Virus record (IMG/VR): IMGVR_UViG_3300045988_043105
Span: 1 to 42,263 of that record
Strand: one strand, 5' to 3'
From: a virus
Length of the DNA: 42,263 nucleotides
In this document: positions 1-7,148 of the stretch, piece by piece
How positions within the stretch are numbered: the stretch's first letter is position 1
Layout of the letters: each line of letters begins with the position of its first letter
Made by a program: the position numbers and the translations under genes
The notes under the pieces: generated by a model
What the model saw: the letters and a program-made list of their open reading frames with translations, nothing else
Told to the model about the DNA's origin: nothing
Database searches by the model: none

Positions 1-55
1 GCGGCAGAAGCAGGCACAGCGGCGGGAGAAGCGCAGAAGGCGGCAGAGAGCGCGA
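1..55. repeat. Terminal direct overlap, copy 1 (identical to 42209-42263)
   Basis: Read directly: gcggcagaagcaggcacagcggcgggagaagcgcagaaggcggcagagagcgcga occurs at both window ends. Confidence 0.95.
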
Positions 56-1218
56 AAAGCGCGGCGGCGGTTTCCGCATCGCTGGCGCAGGAGAGCGCGG
101 CACAGGCGGCAGGGAGCGCGGAGAGCGCAGACAGCGCAAAGACGGCGGCGTCGCAGAGCGAGCAGAGAACGGCGGCATCGGAAGCGAACGTCGCACAGGC
201 GGAGGAGCGCATCAACAAGACGGTTTCCGGCGCGATGGAAGCGGTCGCGGCGCAGGAGACGAAATCCGTTCAGGCGGTCGCGGCGCAGGGGGAAGCGTCT
301 GTCGCGGCGGTCGCGGCAGAGGGCGAACGGGTGCTGGGGACGATTCCGCAGGATTATACGGCGGCGGTCGGAGAAATCGACGCGCTCAAAAAAAGCAAAG
401 CGGAGATTGACGACACCGCCATAGACGGCGATACATGGAGCAGTAAGCATATTGTGGACATGCTCTGCCCCAAGGTCGAGAAAAGCGGAACACTTGTACA
501 GATGGACGGGATGCTCGGGGGATATCCGCTGGGCGTTACGGCATCGTGGACGCCGGCGCAGGAGGGGAGCGGCGACCCGTCGCCGGAGAACATCCGCCCG
601 ATAAAGGGCAGAGATAGCGTGAGGATCGAGCGGCGGGAAGACGATTTAGCTTACACGCTCACCCTGCCCTCTACCGTATACGGCGGCGAGGTGGACGCGG
701 TGAGGGGAGAGGGACAGAGAGAGTGGCGGTGTATAACATTAACAGGACAAGAGCCATGTCATATTTATTCAACGTTATTCTATATTGACTTCGATAAACT
801 GGATTCTTTTGCCGCAGAGCCTGCGATCGATTCTACAAGCGGAAAATGCAGTCATTACCCATATCAATTATACGGGAAAAATGGATTTATAGGAATAACA
901 CTGCCTGGCACTAATGCAGTTTATAGTCCGGGAGCAAAATATCCACTTACAAACGACGGACTGAGAGAATGGATGGATTATCTCGCCGCCCAGTACGCCG
1001 CGGGAACGCCCGTGCAAATCTGTTACAAGCAGGCTAACCCGGTTCCCTTCACCTCTGCGGGCGGCACATCCATCAAGGCACTCCCCGGCACAAACACCGT
1101 CCTGACCGACGCGGACAGCGTGACGGTGACGGGCAGAGCCGACCCCATTCAGACGATAGCCAAACTGAGCGACCGCATTGCCGCGCTGGAAGCAGCGGCG
1201 ACGAACATCACCGAATAA
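1..1218 (+). CDS. Tail fibre / receptor-binding protein, 3' part (continues from 41948 across the junction; about 492 aa in total)
   Basis: Frame 1 is open from nt 1 to TAA 1216-1218 and is in phase with ATG 41948 through the overlap. It has an Ala/Glu/Gln-rich coiled coil followed by a globular C-terminus. The ORF-track start at 235 is only the first in-window ATG. Confidence 0.75.
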   Translation, partial: AAEAGTAAGEAQKAAESAKSAAAVSASLAQESAAQAAGSAESADSAKTAASQSEQRTAASEANVAQAEERINKTVSGAMEAVAAQETKSVQAVAAQGEASVAAVAAEGERVLGTIPQDYTAAVGEIDALKKSKAEIDDTAIDGDTWSSKHIVDMLCPKVEKSGTLVQMDGMLGGYPLGVTASWTPAQEGSGDPSPENIRPIKGRDSVRIERREDDLAYTLTLPSTVYGGEVDAVRGEGQREWRCITLTGQEPCHIYSTLFYIDFDKLDSFAAEPAIDSTSGKCSHYPYQLYGKNGFIGITLPGTNAVYSPGAKYPLTNDGLREWMDYLAAQYAAGTPVQICYKQANPVPFTSAGGTSIKALPGTNTVLTDADSVTVTGRADPIQTIAKLSDRIAALEAAATNITE

Positions 1219-1233
1219 CAGGAGGAAAGACAT

Positions 1234-1524
1234 ATGATTGAAAACGAAAAGACGCACAGTGCCAAGTATCAGGTACTCTACAACCGCCTGACCAACGGAA
1301 CGCCGTTTACGACCGACACGGCGCAGGCGCGAATCACCGCGCTGGCGGATGCGCTGGAAATCACGCAGGAGGAAGCGGACGAGCTGTCCGCGCTCGCCAA
1401 GGAGCATGGAACGAGCGGCGCGACGCTGGAGGAGCGCGTGGCGGCGTTGGAAGAACGCGCGCTTGAGCATGAAGAAGCATTGGTCGAGCTGGCGGGCATG
1501 ATGACGGGAAGCGAGGTGGAGTAA
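1234..1524 (+). CDS. Hypothetical coiled-coil protein downstream of the fibre gene (possible fibre accessory)
   Basis: AGGAGGA RBS about 8 nt upstream of the ATG. 96 aa, tightly packed behind the fibre gene. Confidence 0.6.
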   Translation: MIENEKTHSAKYQVLYNRLTNGTPFTTDTAQARITALADALEITQEEADELSALAKEHGTSGATLEERVAALEERALEHEEALVELAGMMTGSEVE

Positions 1525-1632
1525 ATGGCAAAGGTTTATGCGCGGATGATCAAAAACGGAAAGATGACGCTTGAGCGCGTGCCGGAGAAGTGGCGCGGAC
1601 AGGTCGGGAAGCTGCTTGGAGAGGATGAATGA
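1525..1632 (+). CDS. Small conserved phage protein, 35 aa (XkdX / CD1375-like class found beside fibre genes)
   Basis: The ATG abuts the previous TAA. MAKVYARMIKNGKMTLERVPEKWRGQVGKLLGEDE resembles short proteins seen next to fibre genes in Firmicutes phages. Too short for the ORF track. Confidence 0.5.
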   Translation: MAKVYARMIKNGKMTLERVPEKWRGQVGKLLGEDE

Positions 1633-1668
1633 TGGGCATTGCTAACTAAATTGCAAAAAAGGAGATTG

Positions 1669-1941
1669 ATGAAAGACATGACCAGTTATGATTTTATGGT
1701 AAAGGCGAAGAAAAAAGTATCAGACTTCCTTACCGACTATCACAAAAAGCCCATCGAGTGGACTGATGTTTTTGTTGTTTGGCAATGCAAGACGCTGCAA
1801 AATCACAAAGCCATTCTCGCAGCTCCGACACCTGATAATCTCATGTTCGAAGTCACCTACAACGGAGATAAGGATGAGATGTATCTTGACGTATATGACA
1901 AGATTGTAAATTGCTGCTTTGGCGACGGCGGCGATGAATAA
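1669..1941 (+). CDS. Hypothetical protein (90 aa) in a low-GC patch
   Basis: GGAGA RBS before ATG 1669 (the track lists TTG 1639). Visibly AT-richer than its neighbours. Confidence 0.6.
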   Translation: MKDMTSYDFMVKAKKKVSDFLTDYHKKPIEWTDVFVVWQCKTLQNHKAILAAPTPDNLMFEVTYNGDKDEMYLDVYDKIVNCCFGDGGDE

Positions 1942-1976
1942 CTAACGGCACTATTACTGACTAAGGAGGCGATAAC

Positions 1977-2063
1977 TTGATTATCGTTTTTGCGGTATGC
2001 GGCATGCTGCTGACGATGGGAATCGGGCGGTTCATTCACGCGGGAGGGGCTTGGGATGATTAA
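1977..2063 (+). CDS. Possible 28-aa single-TM peptide overlapping the endolysin start
   Basis: AAGGAGG lies 8 nt upstream of TTG 1977. The peptide LIIVFAVCGMLLTMGIGRFIHAGGAWDD is hydrophobic, and its stop overlaps ATG 2056. Confidence 0.3.
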   Translation: MIIVFAVCGMLLTMGIGRFIHAGGAWDD

Positions 2064-2796
2064 GACGGCGGAAGCACTCCGCACGGCGCGGGGACTGCTT
2101 GGCACAAGCTATGATGAGCTGGACTGCATCAACCTCATCAAGAAGGTCATCCGCGTCAGCGCGGGCGGGGAGAAAAGCTACACGACGGCAGGCACGAACG
2201 CGCTCTGGGAGAGCGACAAAAACAGCGCGAAATACCGCGACTTGACATGGAAGCAGGAAGGCATTTCCGGCGCGAAGGCGGGAATGCTGGCGTTCATGGG
2301 CGTGGGAACGGGCGACGTGAATCACGTCGGGCTGGTGACGGAGAGGGGGACGGTCGTCCACTCAAGCAAGAGCAGGGGTGGGACGGTCGAAACCGAGCTG
2401 ACGGAAAAGAACGGCTGGAACGGGCTGGGAAAGCACAGGATGATTGAGGTGAATGGAATGGAAAAGGAATTCGGCAACGCGACGGTGAGCGTCACGAGCG
2501 GCTATCTCAACATCCGCGAGGGCGCGGGCACGGCGGCGAAAATCATCGCCAAAGCCGAGAACGGAACGCGGGTGAACGTCATCCGCGAGGCGGGCGGCAC
2601 GGGCTGGGTGTTCGGGAAGCTGGAAAACGGCGTGGCGGGGTACATGGCAGGGGCGTATCTGGTGGAGGACGAGAACGCACCGGACGCCGATGCGGGGAAC
2701 GCTGCGGACGCGGGCGGCGAGGAAACGACGACGCTCAGAAGGAGCGACGGCGTGTATGTTACGCTGATCGGGCGGTGGAAGGTTACAAATGACTGA
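2056..2796 (+). CDS. Endolysin: NlpC/P60-type cysteine peptidase with a C-terminal SH3b-like wall-binding domain
   Basis: Catalytic-type motifs DCINLI, NHVGLV and VVHS. The C-terminal segment GYLNIREGAGT..GWVFGKLENGVAGYMAGAYL is SH3b-like. It sits next to a holin. Confidence 0.8.
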   Translation: MIKTAEALRTARGLLGTSYDELDCINLIKKVIRVSAGGEKSYTTAGTNALWESDKNSAKYRDLTWKQEGISGAKAGMLAFMGVGTGDVNHVGLVTERGTVVHSSKSRGGTVETELTEKNGWNGLGKHRMIEVNGMEKEFGNATVSVTSGYLNIREGAGTAAKIIAKAENGTRVNVIREAGGTGWVFGKLENGVAGYMAGAYLVEDENAPDADAGNAADAGGEETTTLRRSDGVYVTLIGRWKVTND

Positions 2797-2811
2797 TGAG
2801 GTGACGGATAG

Positions 2812-3027
2812 GTGGAATTGACGACATGGCTTCCGGTGGTTGCAAGCGCGGTCGGCAGCCTTGCAGGCGTGCTTGCATCTAACAAGCTGATGCAATATCG
2901 CATCCAGCAGCTCGAAAATAAGGTCAACAAGCACAACAGTATCGTCGAGAGGACGTACAAGCTTGAGGGCGAGGTCAAAGAGCTCCAACATGATGTGCGG
3001 GACTTAAAAGGAGATATCAAGGTATGA
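2812..3027 (+). CDS. Lysis-cassette membrane protein: N-terminal TM plus C-terminal coiled coil (holin accessory, XhlA-like class)
   Basis: GTG start after a GAGGTGA RBS. Hydrophobic N-terminus WLPVVASAVGSLAGVLA followed by heptad-like QQLENKVNKH..VKELQHDVRDLK. ATGA overlap with the holin. Confidence 0.55.
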   Translation: MELTTWLPVVASAVGSLAGVLASNKLMQYRIQQLENKVNKHNSIVERTYKLEGEVKELQHDVRDLKGDIKV

Positions 3028-3278
3028 GGATTAACTGGTTGGTACGCTTTCACAACAAGACGTTTCTGGCGTCGTTTCTGGCGTTGGTGATCGCGTTTGT
3101 CTATAATCTGCTGGCGCTGTTTGGCGTAACGCCATCTGTGCAGCAGGACGCGCTGTTGACTGCTGTCAACGCGATTCTGACGGTGCTGGGCATGATCGGC
3201 GTGATTGCCGACCCGACGACCAAGGGCATCAGCGATAGCGCGCAGGCGATGACCTACGACAAGCCCAAGGAGGGATAA
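3024..3278 (+). CDS. Holin (phi-LC3 / phage_holin_4_1-like)
   Basis: MRINWLVRFHNKTFLASFLALVIAFVYN...GVIADPTTKGISDSAQAMTY matches the characteristic holin family pattern. Two TM segments. Confidence 0.8.
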   Translation: MRINWLVRFHNKTFLASFLALVIAFVYNLLALFGVTPSVQQDALLTAVNAILTVLGMIGVIADPTTKGISDSAQAMTYDKPKEG

Positions 3279-3293
3279 AGGAGGCGGTTTCCC

Positions 3294-3521
3294 GTGCGTC
3301 TTGACTGCGACAGACGCACGAAAGAGGAAATCGCCCATGACTGCGGCTTTGACGAGCACGTCCGGCTAGGTCAGGTCTTCGACCTGCTCTGGCGTGGTTA
3401 CAGCATTGTGCAGATCAGTATGACGCTGGGCATGTCTCCAGCGACCGTCAGCCGCAGCATCAGAGAGATTAAAATACGGATGAGATCATCCTTTCGCAAA
3501 GATGACAATCCCCCGGCCTGA
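3294..3521 (+). CDS. Small HTH protein (sigma-70 region-4 / LuxR-like HTH)
   Basis: AAGGAGG RBS then GTG. GYSIVQISMTLGMSPATVSRSIREIK is a helix-turn-helix segment. Confidence 0.55.
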   Translation: MRLDCDRRTKEEIAHDCGFDEHVRLGQVFDLLWRGYSIVQISMTLGMSPATVSRSIREIKIRMRSSFRKDDNPPA

Positions 3522-3539
3522 TGGCCGGGGCTTTTTTTT
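3511..3539 (+). terminator. Rho-independent terminator closing the late/lysis operon
   Basis: CCCCGGCC-tgat-GGCCGGGG is a perfect 8-bp stem followed by C+T8. The stop codon sits in the loop. Confidence 0.85.
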
Positions 3540-3573
3540 AATGCAAAAATAAATATAAATAATTTAAAAACAC

Positions 3574-3602
3574 TTGACAAGTAAATTGAAATGATGTATT
3601 AT
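3574..3602 (+). promoter_or_regulatory. Near-consensus sigma-70 promoter P1 (TTGACA-17-TATTAT, TG upstream of the -10)
   Basis: TTGACA 3574-3579, 17-nt spacer, TATTAT 3597-3602. Shares AAAACACTTGACAA and AATGAT with the promoter at 5360. Confidence 0.75.
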
Positions 3603-3644
3603 ATGACCACAAAGAACAAAGGAATCAACCAATAGGAGGAAATC

Positions 3645-4094
3645 ATGAAAAAGTATTATTTGGTGGGCGAGGATATCGCCCGCCGCGAGATCACTGCTGA
3701 GCAGGTGCGCGAATATGCCGGAGACAGTGACTACCGCGTCATTGTCGAGGAGGACGGCAAGCAAGAGCCGCGCCGCGTTGCCTCCGCAGATCTCGCTCCG
3801 GACTGGGAGCCGTTTGTCTTCCCTCCGCGCGAAGGGTATCGGCTGACCGGTTACGAGATCGTGCGGTCGGATTACGAGGGACGGAGCTTCCCGGCGGACT
3901 CCATCCCCGCTGAAGCGGTTAAAACCCAATGGGCTAACCGTTGGGAGGTGCCGGGGGTAAACCCTGCCATCTACTACGCAGAGCCGGTATATGAGCCGAT
4001 TACCTGTGAGGGTGTCGGTGCTTGTGTGTCCTGTAAGCGGCTGACCTGTTCCCGCCGCGGCGCGGGCGTCCGTTGCCGCAATTACAAGGCATGA
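3645..4094 (+). CDS. Hypothetical protein (149 aa), first gene of accessory cassette 1; Cys/Arg-rich C-terminus
   Basis: AGGAGGA RBS 6 nt upstream of the ATG. No family recognised. Confidence 0.65.
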   Translation: MKKYYLVGEDIARREITAEQVREYAGDSDYRVIVEEDGKQEPRRVASADLAPDWEPFVFPPREGYRLTGYEIVRSDYEGRSFPADSIPAEAVKTQWANRWEVPGVNPAIYYAEPVYEPITCEGVGACVSCKRLTCSRRGAGVRCRNYKA

Positions 4095-4136
4095 TTTCGT
4101 CGCACGCAGACGTGGACGGCGAAGAAGGGAGAAAAA

Positions 4137-4487
4137 ATGGAAAAGGTAATTTGCGGCCTTTGCGCCGCCCGCCACCCGCTGCCGGTGACGGAGTACATTT
4201 ACCCCGAGACCGTCAACCCGTTGGATTTTGACGGTCTCAAGGCGGGCGCGGTTAAGTTCATCCTTGACCGCGTGGGCGTTGAGTCTGTGTACGCCCAGCC
4301 GATCAACGGCAACGATTACACGGACACGGAGTGCTTCCGCGGTCGTCGTGAGCTGGTGGTCTACGTCACCGGCTTGACGGCGGCTACAGCGGCAGTCATT
4401 GCCGCATGCGCAGAAAACGGCGTGCATCTGACGTTGATGCACTTTGACCGTGAGTGCGGCGATTATAAGCCGCAGGTAATCTTTTGA
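4137..4487 (+). CDS. Hypothetical protein (116 aa), cassette 1
   Basis: GAAGGGAG RBS. The segment VVYVTGLTAATAAVIAACAENGVHLTLMHFD suggests a small alpha/beta domain. Family not recognised. Confidence 0.65.
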   Translation: MEKVICGLCAARHPLPVTEYIYPETVNPLDFDGLKAGAVKFILDRVGVESVYAQPINGNDYTDTECFRGRRELVVYVTGLTAATAAVIAACAENGVHLTLMHFDRECGDYKPQVIF

Positions 4488-4501
4488 GAGGGGCGGAAAA
4501 A

Positions 4502-4996
4502 ATGAACATTAAACAGCTGCGCATCCTGCGCGGATTGAAGCAGAAGGAGCTGGCGGATAAGATGGGTATATCCGCGCAGCAACTCAATAACTATGAAGGG
4601 GGTAAGAGCAACCCCGGAAACAAAATTCTGCCCGCGCTGGCGGATGCGCTGGGCGTTTCGACCGCCTACCTTCGGGGGGGCGCGCAGCGTTTGGCCGTCT
4701 ATGACTGGCAGACCGGGCGCACTGAGGCGCTGCCCATCATGGCCGAGACGGTGATCGACGATTACGGCATCTTCTACCTCGTCGAGCACCCGGAGATTGG
4801 AATGATGGCGGTGATCCAGTCTGAGGGTATGCAGTTTACTCTTGCGGACTGGACGGCAGATCAACCGCTGACCGTCGATGCAATCAGCGGGAAGCAGTGG
4901 ATTGACAGTCGCGGCGAGGATGCAATCATGTACAAGGGGCTACCGCGCATTCTTGTTGGCGGCGAATTTGGGAGTAAGCAAAGCCGTATTATCTGA
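4502..4996 (+). CDS. XRE-family HTH regulator with a roughly 100-aa C-terminal domain of unknown function
   Basis: MNIKQLRILRGLKQKELADKMGISAQQLNNYEGGKSNP is a classic XRE HTH. ATG 4502 is preferred over the track's TTG 4484. Confidence 0.8.
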   Translation: MNIKQLRILRGLKQKELADKMGISAQQLNNYEGGKSNPGNKILPALADALGVSTAYLRGGAQRLAVYDWQTGRTEALPIMAETVIDDYGIFYLVEHPEIGMMAVIQSEGMQFTLADWTADQPLTVDAISGKQWIDSRGEDAIMYKGLPRILVGGEFGSKQSRII

Positions 4997-5012
4997 AAAG
5001 GGAGAGAAAGAT

Positions 5013-5294
5013 ATGATAATCAAAATTTACAAGTCTTACGGTGTGCTGGCGCATGAATACCATCCTGTATATACATGGAGATGCCCACAAAGTGATATCT
5101 ATGATGAGATCAGCGTCGATATCCCGAATATTGACGGCGAGAATTGCGATGGCGACCCGCTTGTCAATCTGGGCGACGGACTTGTTTATCCGCTTCGGAT
5201 GGTGCTTGGCAACTGGGGCGACGAGCCGGCGCTTATCTGGTATGATGGCGCAGCCCAACGCCACAAAATCCTGAAAGCCTATACCAAACTATAA
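5013..5294 (+). CDS. Hypothetical protein (93 aa), last gene of cassette 1
   Basis: GGGAGAGAAAG RBS before ATG 5013. The track ORF 4878 is an upstream extension overlapping the previous gene. Confidence 0.6.
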   Translation: MIIKIYKSYGVLAHEYHPVYTWRCPQSDIYDEISVDIPNIDGENCDGDPLVNLGDGLVYPLRMVLGNWGDEPALIWYDGAAQRHKILKAYTKL

Positions 5295-5299
5295 GACAT

Positions 5300-5328
5300 C
5301 CCCGGTCAGAAAGCCGGGGCTTCTTTTT
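5300..5328 (+). terminator. Rho-independent terminator of cassette 1
   Basis: CCCCGG-tcagaaag-CCGGGG followed by CTTCTTTTT. Confidence 0.75.
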
Positions 5329-5359
5329 AAAAAATAATCAAATTCGATTTATAAAACAC

Positions 5360-5388
5360 TTGACAAATAAATAAAAATGATTTACAAT
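5360..5388 (+). promoter_or_regulatory. Near-consensus sigma-70 promoter P2 (TTGACA-17-TACAAT), paralogous to P1
   Basis: TTGACA 5360-5365, 17-nt spacer, TACAAT 5383-5388. Same upstream AAAACACTTGACAA and same ATAGGAGGA leader/RBS as P1. Confidence 0.75.
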
Positions 5389-5429
5389 TATGCTTGTAAG
5401 GGAACAACCCGATAGGAGGAGAAGAAACC

Positions 5430-5978
5430 ATGAAAGAAAAGTACAAGCAGCAGCTTTCCACCGCCGCGCGCGAAATCTTCGAGCACTCCGGTGCTCAATT
5501 CTCTCTGATTGGCGACAAGATGGCCGTGTCGCCGCGTGACAAGGCCGTCAAGTTGGTCAAGGCGCATCCGGCCGAGATGCAGGAGATCAAGGCCGCGCTG
5601 ATGGACGAGGAAGCCGAAGAGCGCGAAACCGCCGAGCGTCGCCGGAATCTCCGCAATGCAATCCCCGGCTTGAAGGAGCTTGAAGCAGCGAAAGCCGAAC
5701 AAGCGACTTACCGCGAAGCGTTCGCGCGGGCTGTGGATAGCGGCAACGGCATCTATCCCGCCAAGCCCGGGAGCGATCCGGCGGAGCTGAGCGCACAATA
5801 CCCGATGGCGGCCGCGATGCTCCACGCGGAAAGCTACTCCTGCGCCGCCAATTACCGCAAGGCCAGCGCAGGAAGAAAAGCCGTCGAGCGCATCCTTGAC
5901 GGTGAGGATTGGAAAAAGGCCGTCAGCGACATGGAGAATGAGTGGCGCGAGGCGACAAGCGAGCATATGTGGGACTGA
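5430..5978 (+). CDS. Hypothetical protein (182 aa), single-gene cassette 2
   Basis: AGGAGGAG RBS. Charged, helical-looking sequence. No family recognised. Confidence 0.65.
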   Translation: MKEKYKQQLSTAAREIFEHSGAQFSLIGDKMAVSPRDKAVKLVKAHPAEMQEIKAALMDEEAEERETAERRRNLRNAIPGLKELEAAKAEQATYREAFARAVDSGNGIYPAKPGSDPAELSAQYPMAAAMLHAESYSCAANYRKASAGRKAVERILDGEDWKKAVSDMENEWREATSEHMWD

Positions 5979-6000
5979 TAAAAACCTGATACATTTCTGA

Positions 6001-6031
6001 CGCGCATCGGATAGGTGCGCGCCCTTTTTTT
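6001..6031 (+). terminator. Rho-independent terminator of cassette 2
   Basis: CGCGCA-tcggatagg-TGCGCG followed by CCC+T7. Confidence 0.7.
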
Positions 6032-6065
6032 ATGCAAAAATAGGAGCAGAAGCAGGTGAGAGAGC

Positions 6066-6437
6066 GTGTTTGTTCCATTTAACCCAAATCCTTTTCGTTC
6101 TCGTGTTGGCGACTGCGCGATTAGAGCGGTAAGCAAAGCGACCGACCAGACGTGGGAAAGCGTATTCGTCGCGCTTTGCCTTGATGGTTTCTGCGTTGGA
6201 GACATGCCGAACGCAAATCATGTCTGGGGCGCATATCTTCGGCGCAAAGGATTCAAGCGTCACAGCATCCCGGAGACGTGCCCGGACTGCTATACGGTTT
6301 CTGACTTCTGCCGAGACTTTCCGCGTGGCGTTTACGTTTTGGCGACAAATGGACACGTTCTCGCGGTCGTGAATGGTGATTGGTATGACACATGGGACAG
6401 CGGCGGAGAAACGCCCCTTTACTATTGGGAGGGATAA
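6066..6437 (+). CDS. Hypothetical protein with a papain-fold-like Cys...His...Asp pattern (putative cysteine peptidase-like)
   Basis: GTG start. VGDCAIRA, GHVLAVV and DTWDS are spaced as in small Cys-peptidase folds. The family name is not certain. Confidence 0.45.
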   Translation: MFVPFNPNPFRSRVGDCAIRAVSKATDQTWESVFVALCLDGFCVGDMPNANHVWGAYLRRKGFKRHSIPETCPDCYTVSDFCRDFPRGVYVLATNGHVLAVVNGDWYDTWDSGGETPLYYWEG

Positions 6438-6440
6438 TTT

Positions 6441-6887
6441 ATGGCTTATCCGATGCAAGGCTGGCAGCAGCCATACGGCGGATATTACCCGCCTATGCAA
6501 GATCAACTCGCGCAGCTCAGATCGCAGCCGTACATGCCGCAGCAGCCAGCGCAGCAAGCGCCAGCTCAAAATGGCGGCGGAATCATCTGGGTGCAGGGCG
6601 AAGCAGCGGCGAAAAGCTATCCGGTCAGCCCCGGAAGCGGCGTTCTGCTGATGGATAGTGAATCCTTGACGTTTTATCTCAAATCTGCGGACGCAAGTGG
6701 TATGCCGTCGATGCGAATCTTTGACTACACCGAGAGGACAGCACCGAGGCAAGCCGAGCCTTCCGTGCAATCATCCGAGTATGTGACCCGCGAAGACTTC
6801 AACGTGCTTGTGGCGCGGGTCGATGCGCTGACAAAAAAGCCGAACAGAAAAAAGGAGGATGCAGTCGATGAGCAACCCGCTGTTTAA
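6441..6887 (+). CDS. Hypothetical protein with a Pro/Gln/Tyr-rich N-terminus and a small beta-rich core
   Basis: MAYPMQGWQQPYGGYYPPMQDQLAQLRSQPYMPQQPAQQAPAQ is a low-complexity head, followed by IIWVQGEAAAKSYPV..MRIFDY. Confidence 0.6.
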   Translation: MAYPMQGWQQPYGGYYPPMQDQLAQLRSQPYMPQQPAQQAPAQNGGGIIWVQGEAAAKSYPVSPGSGVLLMDSESLTFYLKSADASGMPSMRIFDYTERTAPRQAEPSVQSSEYVTREDFNVLVARVDALTKKPNRKKEDAVDEQPAV

Positions 6888-7098
6888 TGCGATGCAGGGA
6901 ATGTCTGGGCATCTGCCTGGACAGATGGGACAGTTTCAGCAGATGGCGCAGGAGTTCAAGCGGTTCAAGGCCGGATTTAACGGTGATCCGCAGCAAGAGG
7001 TTCAGCGCCTACTCAACAGCGGCAAGATGACGCAGCAGCAGTTTAATCAGCTCTACGGCATCGCCCGCCAATTCCAAAGCCTCTTTGAAGGTCTATAA
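6868..7098 (+). CDS. Small Gln/Met-rich protein (76 aa)
   Basis: AAGGAGG lies 9 nt before ATG 6868 (the track start 6859 is in frame). Overlaps the previous gene by 20 nt. Confidence 0.55.
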   Translation: MSNPLFNAMQGMSGHLPGQMGQFQQMAQEFKRFKAGFNGDPQQEVQRLLNSGKMTQQQFNQLYGIARQFQSLFEGL

Positions 7099-7148
7099 CG
7101 GCTAAATCCGTGCGCACGGTTAGCATAAAAAAGAAAGGACGTGTGAAA

